Shown here piece by piece: positions 61,101 to 64,000 of a stretch of DNA of 64,000 nucleotides; position 1 is the stretch's first letter, and each line of letters opens with the position of its first letter. The stretch is from contig NMRA01000001.1 of NCBI GenBank assembly GCA_002633005.1, positions 3,641,695 to 3,705,694 on the forward strand, read 5' to 3'. Position numbers and translations under genes: made by a program. The notes under the pieces were generated by a model that made no database searches, was not told the DNA's origin, and saw nothing but the letters and a program-made list of their open reading frames with translations. Source of the stretch: Phoronis australis (lineage: Eukaryota > Animalia > Phoronida).

Positions 61101-63216
61101 GCAATATATACCAACCTTCCACAGTATGGAGATGGACATTCGAACGTGTCCATGAATTTTGTAATTTGTGTCGAGTTGGAATTTTCTGTTGTGGAGAGCA
61201 GTGTGGAAATATAGCTTTAAACCATCAAATTTCACCCGATACTTGACTCGAATTGGTCGCCTATCATGCTATGGGAAATATGAAAGTTTTCTTGAAGTAT
61301 GATATGTGATTGGTTAATTTTCAAGTTAAATCTCAAATGAAGTTCAGTTGTGTTTTCAACTTCTGTGAGCGTGCTTGCGGTGTTTTATCTATAAGTGACA
61401 AAGCTTAAAAATGGTTCCAATTGCTTAGTGCAATGGACTCACTTGAGCGGCCTGTGCACATCTGGTACAACGTTTACTAGACTGCTTGTATTTTTTTATT
61501 TTTTACACAGTTTATGTAGCTGTAACTGAACATTTAACCTCATCACTAGATGTATTTGAATATTAAAAATGCTAATGGTTTCTTTGCAGAGCACTCTACC
61601 TCACTGTGTAAATCTTACAGCGACAGTCAATCAAAGCTTCAAGATGAATTTAAGAGGCAAAGTTTAAGATGTAAGACAGTTGTTTAAACCCTGTATTTTC
61701 TTATTGCTTTTTTGACTGTTCCAAACATACACCAATCAGTGAGATTTAGTGAGACCAATCGGTACAATTGTCATTAATGAAAATATTAATTTCATTCCAA
61801 TGGATCTTTGCTAATTTTTGTTATTCAGTTACTGAACAAGTAATAACGTATTAATTGAATTCACAACCCATGACAGACCCACAAAACTATTAAATGAATG
61901 TTCACGTTTATTTCCTTTCTTATTGATAGTTGTGCTTTGAATTCTTTATTATTTCCCCAGTCTTTGGTTTTGGACTAATTTCCTTTTCACTGTATATCGT
62001 ACTTGCAATCTCTTTATATGTTTTAGTATCCCACTTAGAATCAGTGGAATGGAGAGCTGACTACATTATCAGTTCAAGTGAACTTCAGGTAACAGTCTTT
62101 AGCAGACATTTTACTCCACTGAACAATTTGTCCATGAAAACTGAAATATTTGCATATTTTAATTCAATGATAATAGTTTTTGGCCAAATTTTAGTTTATT
62201 CAGACGATTGTTGACTACTCACTTAAAACTTAAAATTTTGTTACTATGAAACAGTAATGATTGATTAATTTTCAAAAGTTAGTTTACTTTTCTTTAAATT
62301 TCAAGTTTATTTAAAAATAAATCGTTAATCGTATGTTATAAAATTCCCCTGTGTGCTATACACATTGACAGGATCTGGGGTTTCAAGATAGTGTTAACAT
62401 ATTTTTGAGTTTTGTAAGTAAAGTGTCCATGAGAAATAATGAGAGTTTGTGCTACGTACTTGTTGATGCTCGCTGGTTCCCTATGTGCCTGGCCAGCACG
62501 CAGGTATCATGCTGTAGCATGCGCTTTAGCATTGGTTGGTGTAACTGCGGGAGTCACTGGTTAGCTTTAAAACAACGTGAAAAATGGCGGATTATGAACG
62601 ACTTCTAGCCTTGTCATGCAAGTGGCGTAGCAGCAACTATACATTTCTACAGTAACGTTTAACTAGCCGCGTGCTTGAAGCACATACATGTACAATAAAC
62701 ACATATCTGACCGATTTAGCCGGTGCGGTGTTATTAATACTGTATGAATACATGACAGTATCGTAAACAAAAGTCGTCGGCAGTAGAAAGATGCACTCCG
62801 AAAAGGCGCGACCACAATTTCTGGGATTCATATTTCCTGAACATAAATTTTAAGCACCGGTTTGTCTATACAACAGACCACATTTACACTTGCTCCATCA
62901 TTCATGTCAGTTTGTTTGGGTAAAGCGCTGCCTGTTGAGTATTTGACCAGCCAATCAGAAACGCTGGTGTAAAAAAGTTTCCCGATGAAAATTAAGTGAT
63001 ACCTGCGTGCTGGCTACCGACCACCTAGTGGCACGCAGGGAGCCAGCGAGCTGTTGATGTTGCCTGAGAATGTAAACATCATGTTTTGTCACATCTTCCA
63101 GGAGGTGAATGAACCATGTGTTCAGTTGAAGCTAAAAATAAGAAACACAGACAGCAATAGAGTTGAACCTGTTGCCTTCACATTGTCTTCTGAAAAATTT
63201 AGAGTATTTCTCAATG
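58189..63216 (+). CDS. COMMD4: COMM domain-containing protein 4 (last exon beyond window)
   Basis: Exons 58189-58191 (ATG only), 58668-58739, 59254-59319, 59573-59612, 60803-60922, 61590-61670, 62027-62088, 63102-63216. Translation [25 protein letters not shown]...[11 protein letters not shown]...[12 protein letters not shown] matches COMMD4 as I recall it. Confidence 0.95.
62469..63050. mobile_element. MULE-like MITE with 9-bp TSD, in a COMMD4 intron
   Basis: TIR ctcgctggttccct...agggagccagcgag; flanks ttgttgatg / ctgttgatg. Confidence 0.75.
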
Positions 63217-63734
63217 GTAAGTAAAGTGTTGGGAATCGCTATTAATTTTAACTGATTATTTCTATTATTTATCAGATATTGGCTACCACTGCATAATCTA
63301 CAAAGTTCACTTCATTCAAAATCTTGATTTCATCCATACTGTCAACTGTCACTGTTACAGCTTTTCCTTCTGTCCAGATTTCCAAAAACTTATTAGGAAC
63401 TTCGCTCTTATGCATTAAAGGCGGATCTAGAAACTTTCCTTACAGGGACTGGACTTAAGTCAATTCCCATGAGAATATTCAAGACTCGCATTAGCAAGTC
63501 AAAATGCTTCTGGAATCCTAGGGCTGTCCAGCCTGTCTAAAACCTGACTGCTTCAATTCAATTCGCTGCTCCGTTTCTAGTTTCAAGTTTTCAAGTCTGT
63601 TAGTATTTAAGAGAAACTCTTTATGATATTTGTCTATGAGGAGACAAAATGAAAAATTATTTTTGAACTTTTCTGTGCTTGTTTTAACTGTTTCTATGGA
63701 TTCATTTTTTGAAATCCATCATAAAACTTATTAA

Positions 63735-64000
63735 AGGAGAATGCCACCCGATTTAATTAGTCTTTTTTACCGTTTTAATCGGTCTATATCCACATCGCCT
63801 CTTATACGGTCGACCTCACCTTACCAAGAGGTGTTGCGTTAACCTGTTAGGAAGGTGAGAAACGACGCAGCGACTTGAGTGGTTTGTCTGCAGAGTGAAT
63901 ACCACTATATTGCGGTGCATTTTTCCCACTTGTCCGAACTATGAAGCTGCGAAGAAAGCGGGTATATCATTTTTTCGACTTCCTTGAGAGCCCGAAATGC
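63735..64000. mobile_element. Kolobok-like transposon, copy 4 (runs off window), in a COMMD4 intron
   Basis: TTAA + AGGAGAATGCCACCCG, then high similarity to 4309-4565. Confidence 0.85.

Overview
Eukaryotic, AT-rich, intron-containing genomic DNA from a draft assembly (N-gaps at 12498-12615, 14933-15088, 20630-21514, 25262-25875). Gene and TE content suggests an invertebrate metazoan, probably a lophotrochozoan (inference). Four spliced genes were reconstructed by hand from GT-AG junctions with consistent phases. (1) A minus-strand, probably secreted mosaic protein: signal peptide-WSC-CCP/sushi x2-3-CUB-atypical C-type lectin, 28296 to at least 1671. (2) A complete 15-exon, 673-aa uncharacterised HEAT/ARM-repeat gene on the plus strand (33415-48662). 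(3) MRPL9 on the minus strand (242 aa). (4) COMMD4 on the plus strand, running off the window and head-to-head with MRPL9. Introns and intergenic DNA are dense with non-autonomous transposons: four copies of a TTAA-flanked Kolobok-like family with relic coding motifs, a 3.5-kb foldback element, several MITE families, tRNA-derived SINE-like heads and three LINE remnants. No prokaryotic features (CRISPR, operons) were seen. I found no unambiguous new system. The best leads are the mosaic lectin gene, the conserved-looking HEAT protein and the complementary deletion derivatives of the Kolobok-like element.
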